NCBI GenBank assembly: GCA_028825265.1
Contig: JAPKAM010000003.1
Span: 3,547 to 67,546, forward strand
From: Planctomycetota bacterium
GTDB lineage: Bacteria > Planctomycetota > UBA8108 > UBA1146
DNA: 64,000 nt
Direction of reading: 5' to 3'
Each line of letters opens with the position of its first letter. Within the stretch, counting starts at the first letter, position 1. Of this stretch, positions 52,098 to 62,350 are shown one piece after another. The notes below the pieces were generated by a model. It was not told the DNA's origin, ran no database searches, and was given only the letters and a program-made list of their open reading frames with translations. Made by a program: the position numbers and the translations under genes.

Positions 52098-53483
52098 ATG
52101 CTGCGCTTCCTCCCCCTTCTGTTCGCCATCCCATTGGTTTTAAGTTTCTGCGTGCCGACCACCTGTCGGGGTGCCGATGTGTTCACCATCGGGAATGTCA
52201 GCGGCAATGCTGGTGATACCAATCTGCCCTGCTTCATTCTCGCGACTCACGACCAGGCCATCGAAGGATTCGCCATCGGGCTCCAGTTCGATCCGTCGAA
52301 ATTGACCCTGACTTCGGCCGACTTCCAAAACACAGTGGTCTCGGCCCTGCTCGCCGGAGCGGATCCGGATTTTGCGGGCTTCACCATCGACAACACCTCA
52401 GGGACTTTTCTGGCGGGTGTGATCTTTGGTTATGGAAGCCTGACCGTTCCACCCTCGTCACTCCCGTCCTCGCCCACCGATCAAAACGCCCTTCTGAGGT
52501 TGGTCTTCACCATCGATCCTGGCTCCCTACCACAGGTGATCCCGGTGCAGTTCGCCGACGGACTGGGCGATCCCCCGGTGCTCAATGTGCTCTCCGCTGG
52601 TGGTGCCTCGGTGAGTCCTGACCTGATCGATGGATCGGTCACCATCAACAACCTGCATAGGTTCTACTTTGGAGGAATCAGCGCTTCACCCGGTAGCTCT
52701 GTCAGTGCCACGGTGCGCTACGATCACGCCGATGAGATTCAGGGATTCCAGATTTCCCTCTCCTATGACAACACCATCCTGACTCTTCAGACGCCCTCCA
52801 CCGCCTACGATTGGTACTCGGGATTGAACCTCGATTCAGCGATGCCAGGAGGCCCTGGTGCCACTGGAGGTGTTGAGTTGTTCTACCCAGCGACCGATCC
52901 GAATGTGGCCCCTGGAGTGGGGCTGGCAACCTTCTCTGCTATCTTTGATTTCCTGGGCCCGTACGACGGCCAGTTGTTACCAGCCGGCAACAATCAAACT
53001 CTGCTGCGACTGGATTTTGACACCCTCGCCGATCCTGCTCTGCTGGGAACCACCACGGAGATCATCTTCGATGACTCTTACAATCTCCCGTCCTGCCCCC
53101 CCAATGACCCCAACTGCAGCGCCGGTCCAGCAGTCAACTACGTCATCTACGACGGACTCTCGATCATCCCGATCCTTGAGAATGGTGTCATCGAGTTCGT
53201 CAATCAACCTGGATTCAAGCGTGGGAACACCAACAGTGATTCCGGAGTCGATCTGGCGGATGCCCTCTTCATCGTCAACTGGCTCTTCGCCGCCGGGCAG
53301 GTTCCCACCTGCATGGATTCTGCGGACACCAACGACGATGGCGGAGTCGACATTTCCGACACGATTTACCTGCTGAATTACCTGTTCGTCAGTGGCCCCC
53401 CACCGTCGGCTCCAGGACCGAACTCCTGTGGCGTGGACCCCAGTTCAGACCTGCTCGAGTGCGTGCTCACAAGTGGCTGCTAA
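52098..53483 (+). CDS. secreted protein with two cohesin-like modules and dockerin-like module (array member 4)
   Basis: Signal peptide MLRFLPLLFAIPLVLSFCVPTTCRG. EIQGFQISLSYDNTILTL cohesin-like core. C-terminal FKRGNTNSDSGVDLADALFIVNWLF...DTNDDGGVDISDTIYLLNYLF...PGPNSCGVDPS. RBS AGGAGAG. Confidence 0.85.
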   Translation: MLRFLPLLFAIPLVLSFCVPTTCRGADVFTIGNVSGNAGDTNLPCFILATHDQAIEGFAIGLQFDPSKLTLTSADFQNTVVSALLAGADPDFAGFTIDNTSGTFLAGVIFGYGSLTVPPSSLPSSPTDQNALLRLVFTIDPGSLPQVIPVQFADGLGDPPVLNVLSAGGASVSPDLIDGSVTINNLHRFYFGGISASPGSSVSATVRYDHADEIQGFQISLSYDNTILTLQTPSTAYDWYSGLNLDSAMPGGPGATGGVELFYPATDPNVAPGVGLATFSAIFDFLGPYDGQLLPAGNNQTLLRLDFDTLADPALLGTTTEIIFDDSYNLPSCPPNDPNCSAGPAVNYVIYDGLSIIPILENGVIEFVNQPGFKRGNTNSDSGVDLADALFIVNWLFAAGQVPTCMDSADTNDDGGVDISDTIYLLNYLFVSGPPPSAPGPNSCGVDPSSDLLECVLTSGC

Positions 53484-53580
53484 GTTTTCACTACCGATCA
53501 CTGAATAAACATCCCTGAAGCTTCTGACCTTCATCCCAGGTCGATGCTCTCCCCCTACCTCTCCCCCCCGAGGAGGAAAC

Positions 53581-54414
53581 ATGCGTAATTTTTTCATCCC
53601 TGCGGTCGTCGCCGCATCCATTTACTTCTCAGCGACTGTCTCTGGACAGAACCTGATTCATGTCGACGACAACACCGCGACTCCTGGATCCTCGGTCGAG
53701 GTCACCGTCCGACTCGATAACTCCGCAGCGGTGCAGGGTTATCAGTGCGCCCTTAGCTGGGATTCAAACATCTTCACCTTCGATCAGGCCAGCACCTCTG
53801 GCCTCGACATTGAAGACCAGTTGGATCCCTTCCAGGTCGAGTTCTTCACCTCGATCAATGATGATCAATTCGCACCCGGGATCGGCTGGGCCGCCTGTGC
53901 AGCCATCTTTGATTTCTCACCCCCTTTTGGGGGCCAGACCTTGGCTCCAGGAATCAACATTTCCATCGTTCGATTCCAGTTTCAGACCGCTGCGGATAAC
54001 GCTCTGGTCGGCAGTTGTTCAGCCATCACTCCGGTCAACAACATGGGACATCCTGTGATCCAGAACATCCTGACCATCGACGGGATCTCCAACAGTCCAG
54101 ACCTGGAAGCGGGCAACATCTGCTTCACCGATTCACCACCGTTCATCCGTGGCGATTCCAATGATGACGGAAGCTTGAATCTCGCAGATGCGATCTTCCT
54201 GATTGGTTACTACTTCGCGGGCGGGAGCCCACCCCCATGCCGAGCCTCAGCGAACTCGAACGGTGATGCAGTCGTGGATATCGGTGATGTCATCTTCGTG
54301 ATCAATCACCAGTTCCTGGCAGGCCCGCAGCCTGGAGCGCCCTACCCATCCTGTGGAGCGGATCCTGCTGGCGAAGCGGGAATTGGCTGTGAGCTCTTCA
54401 GTCACTGCCCCTGA
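53581..54414 (+). CDS. secreted protein with one cohesin-like module and dockerin-like module (array member 5)
   Basis: Signal peptide MRNFFIPAVVAASIYFSATVSG. GSSVEVTVRLDNSAAVQGYQCALSWDSNIFTF cohesin-like core. C-terminal FIRGDSNDDGSLNLADAIFLIGYYF...NSNGDAVVDIGDVIFVINHQF...PYPSCGADPA. RBS GAGGAGG. Confidence 0.85.
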   Translation: MRNFFIPAVVAASIYFSATVSGQNLIHVDDNTATPGSSVEVTVRLDNSAAVQGYQCALSWDSNIFTFDQASTSGLDIEDQLDPFQVEFFTSINDDQFAPGIGWAACAAIFDFSPPFGGQTLAPGINISIVRFQFQTAADNALVGSCSAITPVNNMGHPVIQNILTIDGISNSPDLEAGNICFTDSPPFIRGDSNDDGSLNLADAIFLIGYYFAGGSPPPCRASANSNGDAVVDIGDVIFVINHQFLAGPQPGAPYPSCGADPAGEAGIGCELFSHCP

Positions 54415-54438
54415 TCACCAGACTGCAGAGGACTCGTT

Positions 54439-55092
54439 TCAGATCTTCTTTTTCGAGAGATACCAGCTTTGTGAATCGAGATCTGGATCTTCCAGGCGAC
54501 TCCTCGCCTCACTACTGGTCGCAGGAGGCGGAACCATCACATCATCTCCCGGGGACCAGTTGGCAGGGCAAGCAACCTGGAATTTATCGGCAGCCTGAAG
54601 CGCGTCGACGACCCGGAGAATCTCGATGAAGGAACGTCCGACCTCGGGAGGATACGTGATCATGGCACGGACCTTTCTCTCCCGATCGATGAAAAAGAGG
54701 GATCGGGCCGGAGCGGTGGGCGAGGTTGACGGATGGACCATGCCATAGAGCCTCGAGACCTCCTGGCTCAAATCGGCGATCAACGGGAAATTGATCGGCA
54801 CCCCCATCTTGTCCTCGATATCTCGCAGCCATGCGATATGCGAGTAAATACTATCGATCGATGACCCCAGCAATGCGACACCCCTGTCTTCCAGTTCCTT
54901 CTCGATCTTGGCGAATTCGATGAACTCGGATGTGCATACCGGCGTGAAATCCGCAGGGTGCGCAAACAAGATCGTCCAGCGGCCATCGTGCCAGTCAGAG
55001 AATCGGATCGGCCCATGAGTGGTGACGGCATCAAAATCTGGAGCGATATCCCCGAGCCGGATCGATCGCGGGTCATCTTCGTTCTGGTGCAT
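54439..55092 (-). CDS. 1-Cys peroxiredoxin (Prx6-like)
   Basis: FTPVCTSE peroxidatic-Cys motif and thioredoxin fold. Confidence 0.85.
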   Translation of the reverse strand: MHQNEDDPRSIRLGDIAPDFDAVTTHGPIRFSDWHDGRWTILFAHPADFTPVCTSEFIEFAKIEKELEDRGVALLGSSIDSIYSHIAWLRDIEDKMGVPINFPLIADLSQEVSRLYGMVHPSTSPTAPARSLFFIDRERKVRAMITYPPEVGRSFIEILRVVDALQAADKFQVACPANWSPGDDVMVPPPATSSEARSRLEDPDLDSQSWYLSKKKI

Positions 55093-55245
55093 CCTTGAAG
55101 CCTATTCTCTCTGGAGACGTGGTGAGAAGCGAAAGATCGAGGGGATCTCCCGACATCATCACAAATACCTTACAATCGAAACGAATCACTTGCGAGTCGA
55201 GCGGAGGAACTTCTGAACAGTCGAGATCCTCGTTTCAGGGAATTC

Positions 55246-55902
55246 ATGAACCAGATTCGGTGGCAGTGGAAAGCGGCTGACGACCGCACTCGATGCTGCG
55301 TCATCGCCCTCCATGGTCTGGGGCAAGACGGTTCCAGAATCCTGCAGAAACTGGAGCACCTCTCCGCAAGAGGGGCCGACATCGTGGTCCCGGATGGTCC
55401 ACACCTGCACGAGGTGAGAAACCGTGCTGGCACCCGAGAAGGCCACTCCTGGTACATCTACACCGGCGATCAGCCTCGCTTCCGCGAATCTCTGATCCAG
55501 TCCGAATCGCATCTCCTGGAAATCGTCGATGCGGTGCAGAGAGAATCGGGAATCTCGGCGGAAAAAACCGTACTGCTCGGGTTCAGCCAGGGAGGATACC
55601 TGGCAGGATTCGTCTCCTGTCGCCACCCCCATCGGTTCGGGAATTGCGTCATCGCATCGGCACGCTTGAAGTACGAGTTCCTCACCGAAGAAATCTCCAG
55701 TGGCCATCTTCCCTCGATGCTGTTCTTGCATGACGACCAGGATTCACTGACCAGACCGGAGCCCGTCAAAGAATCGGTCAAAATACTACATCAAGTCAAA
55801 GCGGCTGCGGAAGTGATCTGGCATTCGGATGGACACCGACTGGGGGACGGATCTATTGCCGCTATAGAACAATGGCTCGAGCAGAAGAATTTGATCGAGT
55901 GA
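55246..55902 (+). CDS. alpha/beta hydrolase (phospholipase/carboxylesterase family)
   Basis: LHGLGQDG and nucleophile elbow GFSQGG. Confidence 0.75.
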   Translation: MNQIRWQWKAADDRTRCCVIALHGLGQDGSRILQKLEHLSARGADIVVPDGPHLHEVRNRAGTREGHSWYIYTGDQPRFRESLIQSESHLLEIVDAVQRESGISAEKTVLLGFSQGGYLAGFVSCRHPHRFGNCVIASARLKYEFLTEEISSGHLPSMLFLHDDQDSLTRPEPVKESVKILHQVKAAAEVIWHSDGHRLGDGSIAAIEQWLEQKNLIE

Positions 55903-55977
55903 TCTGGAATTGAAGAACGACATCACCCTCTGCTCTTGAAGGCGATGTCGTTCGAATTTATCTGATCGCCTCTAGAG

Positions 55978-57138
55978 TCAGTTCCCGGCAGCCTGAGAAG
56001 CTGCGGATTTGAGAGCCTCGACCTTACCGACACCTTCCCAGGGGAAACCAGCACCGACCCGGCCAAAGTGTCCATGAGCGGCTGTCGCCCTGTAAATTGG
56101 GCGCCTCAGGTCCAGCGAGGAGATGATCCCTCTCGGGGTCAAATCGAAGACTTCACGGATCAACTTCTGTAGTTCACCATCGGCAACGGTTCCGGTGCCA
56201 AAGGTGTCGACCAGCACCGACATCGGCTCGGCAATCCCAATAGCATAGGCCAGTTGCACCTCGCAGCGACGCGCCAAACCAGCGGCAACAATGTTCTTTG
56301 CGACGAAACGGGCCATGTAACTGGCGGACCGGTCCACCTTCGAGGGATCCTTTCCGCTGAAGGCTCCTCCTCCGTGGCGGCCCATGCCACCGTAGGTATC
56401 CACGATGATCTTGCGCCCCGTCAGGCCGCAATCTCCCTGCGGACCACCGATGACGAATCTACCCGTCGGATTCACGAAATACTTGGTGTTCTCGTCGAGC
56501 AGGTTGGAGGGAATCACAGCGTGGATGATTTTGTCTTTGATGAAACTGTGGAGTTCCTCGTTGCTCACATCATCCGAGTGCTGCGACGAGAACACGATGG
56601 CATCGATTCGTTTTGGAACCCCATCGATGTACTCCACAGTCACCTGACTCTTCGCATCCGGGCGCAAGAATGACGCTTCACCCGCTGCACGAATCCGGGC
56701 GTGTTCCGCCACCAACTTGTGCGATAGAGAGATCGCCATTGGCATCAATTCATCGGTTTCATCACATGCATAGCCAAACATGATGCCCTGATCGCCGGCA
56801 CCATCTCGGTCCACTCCCATGGCAATGTCTGGGCTTTGCTTGTCGAGAGAGACCATCACCGAACAGGTATCCGCATCGAAACCCATCGCTGAATCGGTAT
56901 ATCCAATGTCCTTGATCACTCCGCGCACCAGCGCTGGAATATCGATGGTTGTTTGACTCGTGACTTCTCCCGCAATCACTACCAATCCGGTGGTGACCAG
57001 CGTCTCGCACGCCACTCGGCTGTGAGGATCCCCCGCAAGATAGGCGTCAAGAATCGCATCGGAAATCTGGTCAGCCATCTTGTCGGGGTGTCCCTCGGAG
57101 ACGGACTCAGAGGTGAAAAAGGCGTTCTCGATTAGCAT
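55978..57138 (-). CDS. metK: S-adenosylmethionine synthetase
   Basis: [32 protein letters not shown]. Confidence 0.95.
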   Translation of the reverse strand: MLIENAFFTSESVSEGHPDKMADQISDAILDAYLAGDPHSRVACETLVTTGLVVIAGEVTSQTTIDIPALVRGVIKDIGYTDSAMGFDADTCSVMVSLDKQSPDIAMGVDRDGAGDQGIMFGYACDETDELMPMAISLSHKLVAEHARIRAAGEASFLRPDAKSQVTVEYIDGVPKRIDAIVFSSQHSDDVSNEELHSFIKDKIIHAVIPSNLLDENTKYFVNPTGRFVIGGPQGDCGLTGRKIIVDTYGGMGRHGGGAFSGKDPSKVDRSASYMARFVAKNIVAAGLARRCEVQLAYAIGIAEPMSVLVDTFGTGTVADGELQKLIREVFDLTPRGIISSLDLRRPIYRATAAHGHFGRVGAGFPWEGVGKVEALKSAASQAAGN

Positions 57139-57295
57139 CTAGTTTCCTTCCCTGGGGCGAGGATGGGACCGATTCGAGTGAATCCGTGCGCCCCGCCTGC
57201 TCATCTCCCTCAGTTGGCACCTGTCGTCACCCAATGCAGACGACAGATCGAGATACTCTATCGACTCGAAGAGGGTCCGCCAACCAGGATCGTCA
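57139..57295 (-). promoter_or_regulatory. structured 5' leader of metK (candidate riboswitch, unverified)
   Basis: 157-nt leader with nested GC hairpins (gcggggcg...cgcccc, gattc-actc-gaatc) before RBS GGAAGGAA. Not matched by eye to a SAM riboswitch class. Confidence 0.2.
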
Positions 57296-58690
57296 TCAAC
57301 TCAACACTTCTGACAACATTTCTGAACATCGACCAGTAGCCCCTCCGAGACGGCCCACCAGCTCCTGAGCGCCCTGCCTATGACCTGTCTTGGTACCGCT
57401 CTGTGCGGCCCAACGGCTCACCAGTTGCGCTAACTGGGCACCATCCTCGATCTCCTGCACCCACGCCTGCCCCGCCAGGAGTGCCTTCATGTCGGCGAAA
57501 TTTGACATGCTGGGGCCATGGCAGGTGAGGCAGCCCGCCGCCACCGGCTCGAGCAGATTGTGCCCCCCTCGCTCCACCAGGCTGCCGCCGACGAAAGCAC
57601 CATCGGAGATCCGATAGGCATCGTCGAGTTTTCCCAGTTGATCGATCACAATTACCGAGGCTCTGGTTGCCCCTCGATCCGATTCCAGCGCACCACTCAA
57701 TCCGGTACGTTTCACCAACTCCAGTACCGCAGCCGCTCTCTCAACATGGCGCGGAGCCAGCATCAACTGACCATGCGGGAATTTCTCGAGCAGTTGCGCA
57801 TGTGCCTCGAGAACCTGTTCTTCCTCACCCGGATGAGTGCACCCTGCTGTCCACCGGAATTGACCCGTGAGATATCCCTTCTGTCGTTCCAGGTCTATTC
57901 GACGCTGTTGAGGATCGGGTCCGCGCAGCGAATCCAACTTGATGTCTCCAGCCACCTGAATCCGTTCGGGAGCGGTACCCAGCTGGAGGAATCGTTCGGC
58001 ATCCACCTCGCTTCGAGCACAAACTCTTTGCGGACAGCGGGCCATCCAGGAGGCCAGTGGGCCGAGCCAGCCGAGCCGCCTGACACCTTTCCTGGTCACA
58101 CGACCATTCACCACAACGACCGGGATCGAGCGGGAGTGACACGCCAGTAACAGATTCGGCCACCATTCCAGTTCCACCAGAACCAGGATGTCAGGACGCA
58201 ATCGGCTCAGCATCTTGTGAATACATGGCGAGAGTTCAAGAGGTACGAGATACACCTGAACCCCAGGGATCAACTGACGCGCCAGATCTCTGGCACCTGC
58301 AGTCATCGTTGAAATCACGACCTCGGATCCGGGACGGGTTTGTTGCAAAGACTCGATCAGCGGCGAGGCCGCCGTCACTTCCCCTACGCTGGCAGCGTGG
58401 ATCCAGATTCGTTCCCGAACAGGCAAGGAGATGCTCCAGAATCCCAGACGCTGGATCATCGAGCCAACCGCTCTCCCTCGAACCAAGACCAGTTGAAGGA
58501 GCCAGGGAGTCAGCAGCAGATAAGCCAACAACATCGGGAGGTCGAGCAGGAATCCACAAGCCCTTGGCCACCATCGGAGGCTGGCCCTGCGACGAGGAGG
58601 TCGATAACCCCGCAGAGGTGGAGGGGTCGATCCAGTGAATGTCGTTCGAGCAGAGCCACCGTCCAACGGGCCCCCTGCCAAGCTGCTCAT
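57296..58690 (-). CDS. waaA: 3-deoxy-D-manno-octulosonic acid transferase
   Basis: IWIHAASVGE and GGSLVERGGHNLLEP motifs of KdtA/WaaA (GT30). N-terminal extension probably spurious. Confidence 0.85.
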   Translation of the reverse strand: MSSLAGGPLDGGSARTTFTGSTPPPLRGYRPPRRRASLRWWPRACGFLLDLPMLLAYLLLTPWLLQLVLVRGRAVGSMIQRLGFWSISLPVRERIWIHAASVGEVTAASPLIESLQQTRPGSEVVISTMTAGARDLARQLIPGVQVYLVPLELSPCIHKMLSRLRPDILVLVELEWWPNLLLACHSRSIPVVVVNGRVTRKGVRRLGWLGPLASWMARCPQRVCARSEVDAERFLQLGTAPERIQVAGDIKLDSLRGPDPQQRRIDLERQKGYLTGQFRWTAGCTHPGEEEQVLEAHAQLLEKFPHGQLMLAPRHVERAAAVLELVKRTGLSGALESDRGATRASVIVIDQLGKLDDAYRISDGAFVGGSLVERGGHNLLEPVAAGCLTCHGPSMSNFADMKALLAGQAWVQEIEDGAQLAQLVSRWAAQSGTKTGHRQGAQELVGRLGGATGRCSEMLSEVLS

Positions 58691-61308
58691 TCCTGACCGC
58701 AGCAGCGCTTGAACTTCTTACCGCTTCCACAGCTGCAAGGATCGTTTCGTCTCAGCTTCGGCTGATTATTTCGAATCGTATCGAGACTCTTACTGCCCTG
58801 CGATCCCTGGACGCCCTGTTTCATCTGAGTGCCATGTGATTGGAACTGGTCCTGCAGAGCATCCGCAGAAACGCCTTCCGACTGACCACTCCAGGTGCGC
58901 GCAAGATCCCGTTGAGCCGCCGATTCATCCACGTTCTCGATCCGGATTCGTGAAACGATGGAAGAGCTCTCTTCTCGTAGAACCTCCAGCATTTTCGAGA
59001 AGAGAAGGTACCCTTCTCGCTTGAATTCCAGCTTCGGATCAAGTTGTGCATACCCACGAAGTCCAACACCGGTTCGCAATTGATCCATTGCATGGAGGTG
59101 CTCTTTCCATTTCTCATCGACAATACGCAGCAAGACATAGTGCAGTAGACGATCGAACTGATCCTCGCCTGCCGCCTCGCGCTTGTTATCGACCCGTTGA
59201 ATCCAGGCTTCGGTGGCGATTCTCGCCCATTCTTCCGGCTCCCCTTCCGCGAAGGAAGATGCCGGAACATCGATCATGTATCGCTGGGCCAGGTGCTCGG
59301 AGAGAAGAACTCCAACCGGCTGATCGGGCTCCTCGATCTGGAGCAATCCAAGAGAATGAGACTCGACCACCTGGTCGAAATTCTCCTCCACCAACGCCCG
59401 AAGATTCTCGCTGTGGAGAATTCGGTCACGGATCTCGTAGATGACCTTACGCTGGCTATCCATCACCTGATCGTACTCCAGCAGATTCTTCCGGATCTCG
59501 AAGTTGCGAGCCTCTACCTTTTTCTGAGCCTTCTCGATGGCACGGGTCACCATCGGATGGGAAATATCCACTCCCTCATCCATGCCAAATCTCTTGAGCA
59601 TCGCCGAGACCCTGTCGCTCGCGAACAGCCGCATCAGGTCATCTTCCAGCGACAGGTAGAAGAGAGTCGCACCTGGATCCCCCTGGCGCCCACAACGACC
59701 ACGCAACTGGTTATCGATCCGTCGTGACTCGTGCCGTTCGGAACCCATCACCATCAAGCCACCGACCTCAGTAACGCCTTCTCCCAGAACGATATCGGTT
59801 CCACGACCCGCCATATTGGTGGCGATCGTGACCCGGTTCAGTTGACCCGCTTCTGCAATGATCTCCGCCTCACGAGCATGGTGCTTGGCATTGAGGACAT
59901 TATGGGTGATGCCTCTGCGCTTCAGGCGATCGGAGAGCAACTCCGAGTCCTCGATGGAGATGGTTCCCACCAGTAGCGGTCTACCACTTTCATTTTCCTG
60001 GGCGATTCGATCGGCGATCGCTTTCCATTTTTCGCTGGTAGTTCGGTACACGATGTCAGTCTGGTCTTCGCGGTCGATCGGCTTGTTGGTCGGGATCTCG
60101 ACCACCTCAAGTCCATAGATCTGACGGAACTCTTCCGCTTCTGTGATGGCGGTTCCGGTCATCCCTGCGATCTTGTCGTAGAGACGGAAGAAGTTCTGAA
60201 ATGTGATCGTGGCGAGAGTCTGGTTCTCGTCCTTGATCTTCAGACCTTCCTTCGCCTCGACCGCCTGGTGCAATCCATCAGACCAGCGACGCCCCTCCAT
60301 CAGGCGTCCTGTGAACTCATCGACGATCACCACTCCACCATCATCGACCACGTAGTCGACATCTTTGCGATGGAGGAAGTGGGCCTTCATCGATTGTTCC
60401 AGATGATGGGGCCAGTGCATGTTTGCGGGAGAATAGAAGGAGTCGACACCGACCAGCTTCTCGGCCGTCTCGATCCCGTCCTCGGTCAGGAGCACTTGCT
60501 GCTCCTTCTCCTTCACCTCGAAGTGCTTGCCCCTGACCAGTTTCCGTACCGCTCGATCCGCCTTGAAGTAGATCTCGGTCGACTTCTCGGCAGGTCCGGA
60601 GATGATCAGCGGCGTTCTGGCCTCGTCGATCAGGATCGAATCGACTTCATCGACGATGGCAAACGCGCGGTGCTTCTGGCACTGGTCCTCAGGGCGCGTC
60701 TTCATGTTGTCGCGCAGGTAATCGAATCCAAACTCATTATTGGTACCGTAGGTGATGTCACAGGAGTACTGGGCAATCCGTTCCTGGCTATCCATGTTCG
60801 ATTGAATTGCACCGACCGTCATCCCTAGCCCCTCGTACACCGCTTTCATCCACTCTGCATCTCTCTTGGCGAGATAGTCATTGACGGTCACGACATGAAC
60901 ACCTCGGGAGGGCAAGGCGTTGAGGTATGCCGGCAGGGTCGCCACCAGAGTCTTTCCCTCCCCGGTACGCATCTCTGCGATCCCTCCTTGATTGAGGACG
61001 ATGCCACCGATCAGTTGCACGTCATAAGGACGCATGGCGACTCCGGTGCCGGTCTTCAGGTATCGCTTTGAAGACTCGCGGACCGCGGCATAAGCCTCAG
61101 GTAAGAGATCGAAGAGTTCGGTTCCACCTTCGAGGCGCTTCCTGAACTCGACCGTCTTGTCACGCAGTTGTGCAGCATCGAGTTTCTCGAACTCGGATTC
61201 GAGAGCATTGATCTGATCGACCAAGGGGAGGATCTCGCGAATGATCTTCACATTTCGCGATGGAACGATCTTGTGAAACACTGCCCGGAGTGCGCTCATC
61301 AGGCCCAT
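58687..61308 (-). CDS. secA: preprotein translocase ATPase SecA
   Basis: DEAD-like motor motifs (MRTGEGKTL), C-terminal zinc motif CSCGSGKKFKRCCG. Confidence 0.95.
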   Translation of the reverse strand: MGLMSALRAVFHKIVPSRNVKIIREILPLVDQINALESEFEKLDAAQLRDKTVEFRKRLEGGTELFDLLPEAYAAVRESSKRYLKTGTGVAMRPYDVQLIGGIVLNQGGIAEMRTGEGKTLVATLPAYLNALPSRGVHVVTVNDYLAKRDAEWMKAVYEGLGMTVGAIQSNMDSQERIAQYSCDITYGTNNEFGFDYLRDNMKTRPEDQCQKHRAFAIVDEVDSILIDEARTPLIISGPAEKSTEIYFKADRAVRKLVRGKHFEVKEKEQQVLLTEDGIETAEKLVGVDSFYSPANMHWPHHLEQSMKAHFLHRKDVDYVVDDGGVVIVDEFTGRLMEGRRWSDGLHQAVEAKEGLKIKDENQTLATITFQNFFRLYDKIAGMTGTAITEAEEFRQIYGLEVVEIPTNKPIDREDQTDIVYRTTSEKWKAIADRIAQENESGRPLLVGTISIEDSELLSDRLKRRGITHNVLNAKHHAREAEIIAEAGQLNRVTIATNMAGRGTDIVLGEGVTEVGGLMVMGSERHESRRIDNQLRGRCGRQGDPGATLFYLSLEDDLMRLFASDRVSAMLKRFGMDEGVDISHPMVTRAIEKAQKKVEARNFEIRKNLLEYDQVMDSQRKVIYEIRDRILHSENLRALVEENFDQVVESHSLGLLQIEEPDQPVGVLLSEHLAQRYMIDVPASSFAEGEPEEWARIATEAWIQRVDNKREAAGEDQFDRLLHYVLLRIVDEKWKEHLHAMDQLRTGVGLRGYAQLDPKLEFKREGYLLFSKMLEVLREESSSIVSRIRIENVDESAAQRDLARTWSGQSEGVSADALQDQFQSHGTQMKQGVQGSQGSKSLDTIRNNQPKLRRNDPCSCGSGKKFKRCCGQE

Positions 61309-61346
61309 GATGGATCATCCCTTTCGATGGGGGGAATCCCCCGCAA

Positions 61347-62291
61347 TCAGGGTACCTGTCGCTCCCGATCCGGCAACCGATCCTGCCTCTGATGGAAGTT
61401 TCCGCGCACGTCGTCGAGCGAGGTGAAATCTTCAGAAGCGAGCAAATGGCGCAGATCCGCCAGTAATTGTGGCAAACAGGTCGGTTCCCGATAAAGGTGA
61501 GTTCCCACTTGGACCATCGACGCCCCGACCGAGATGAACTCCAGCACCTGCTCGGCGGAGCTGATGCCACCGATGGCGCAGATCGGGATCTGCACCGCTC
61601 GGGCCACTTCCATCGTCATTCGCAGTGCGATGGGTCGAATCGCCGGCCCCGAGAGGCCACCGGTCTCGGTGCCGATCCTTGAGGTCCCACTGCGCCAGTC
61701 CACCGCCATCGCTCTGATCGTGTTGATCAGGGAGACCGAATCGGCTCCCGCCTCCTCCGCAGCGACCGCCTGCTCGGCAATATCCGTCACATTGGGAGTC
61801 AATTTTGCCATCAATACGCCACCGGTGAGAGGACGGACGGCTCGGATCAACTCAGAAGTGGCTTGCGGATCGAGACCGAACAACAGCCCTTCCTTGACGT
61901 TGGGACAGGACACGTTCAACTCGAATCCGGCCACCAGCGGGCGACCCTCGAGTGCCTCGACCACCTTGCAGTAATCCTCCACCGACCGGCCGACCACATT
62001 GACCAAGATGGGAACCCCGTATTGCTGCAACCGAGGTAGATAAGACTCGATAAACTGGTCGAGTCCAGGATTCTGCAATCCGATCGAGTTGAGCAATCCA
62101 GAAGGAGTTTCGAAAGCACGCGGCGGTGGATTTCCGATTCTCGTCTCGACTGAAATCGATTTCGGAACAATGGCACTGAAGGTTCCAGGCGGAAGAAACG
62201 GTTCGAATTCCTCGCCGTATCCGAAGGTGCCCGACGCCGGAAGAATCGGATGGATCAGTTCCAGGACGCCCCCCGGAGATTTGATATCCAC
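61347..62291 (-). CDS. pyrD: dihydroorotate dehydrogenase catalytic subunit (class 1B-like)
   Basis: SGTFGYGEEF, NVSCPN, CAIGGISS FMN-binding motifs. Confidence 0.9.
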   Translation of the reverse strand: MDIKSPGGVLELIHPILPASGTFGYGEEFEPFLPPGTFSAIVPKSISVETRIGNPPPRAFETPSGLLNSIGLQNPGLDQFIESYLPRLQQYGVPILVNVVGRSVEDYCKVVEALEGRPLVAGFELNVSCPNVKEGLLFGLDPQATSELIRAVRPLTGGVLMAKLTPNVTDIAEQAVAAEEAGADSVSLINTIRAMAVDWRSGTSRIGTETGGLSGPAIRPIALRMTMEVARAVQIPICAIGGISSAEQVLEFISVGASMVQVGTHLYREPTCLPQLLADLRHLLASEDFTSLDDVRGNFHQRQDRLPDRERQVP

Positions 62292-62350
62292 GGCGAGACT
62301 GACCCCGGAAGGATCTCCAGCGCTGGCCCCAGAAGCAGAGTTCTCGGAAC

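Noticed and set aside
48442-54414. Interpreting the repeated C-terminal modules as PEP-CTERM or LPXTG sorting signals
   Set aside because: No PEP motif plus TM plus basic tail and no LPXTG. The modules are soluble, acidic, Asp/Asn/Gly-loop-rich and Cys-paired, which fits dockerin/EF-hand-like calcium modules.
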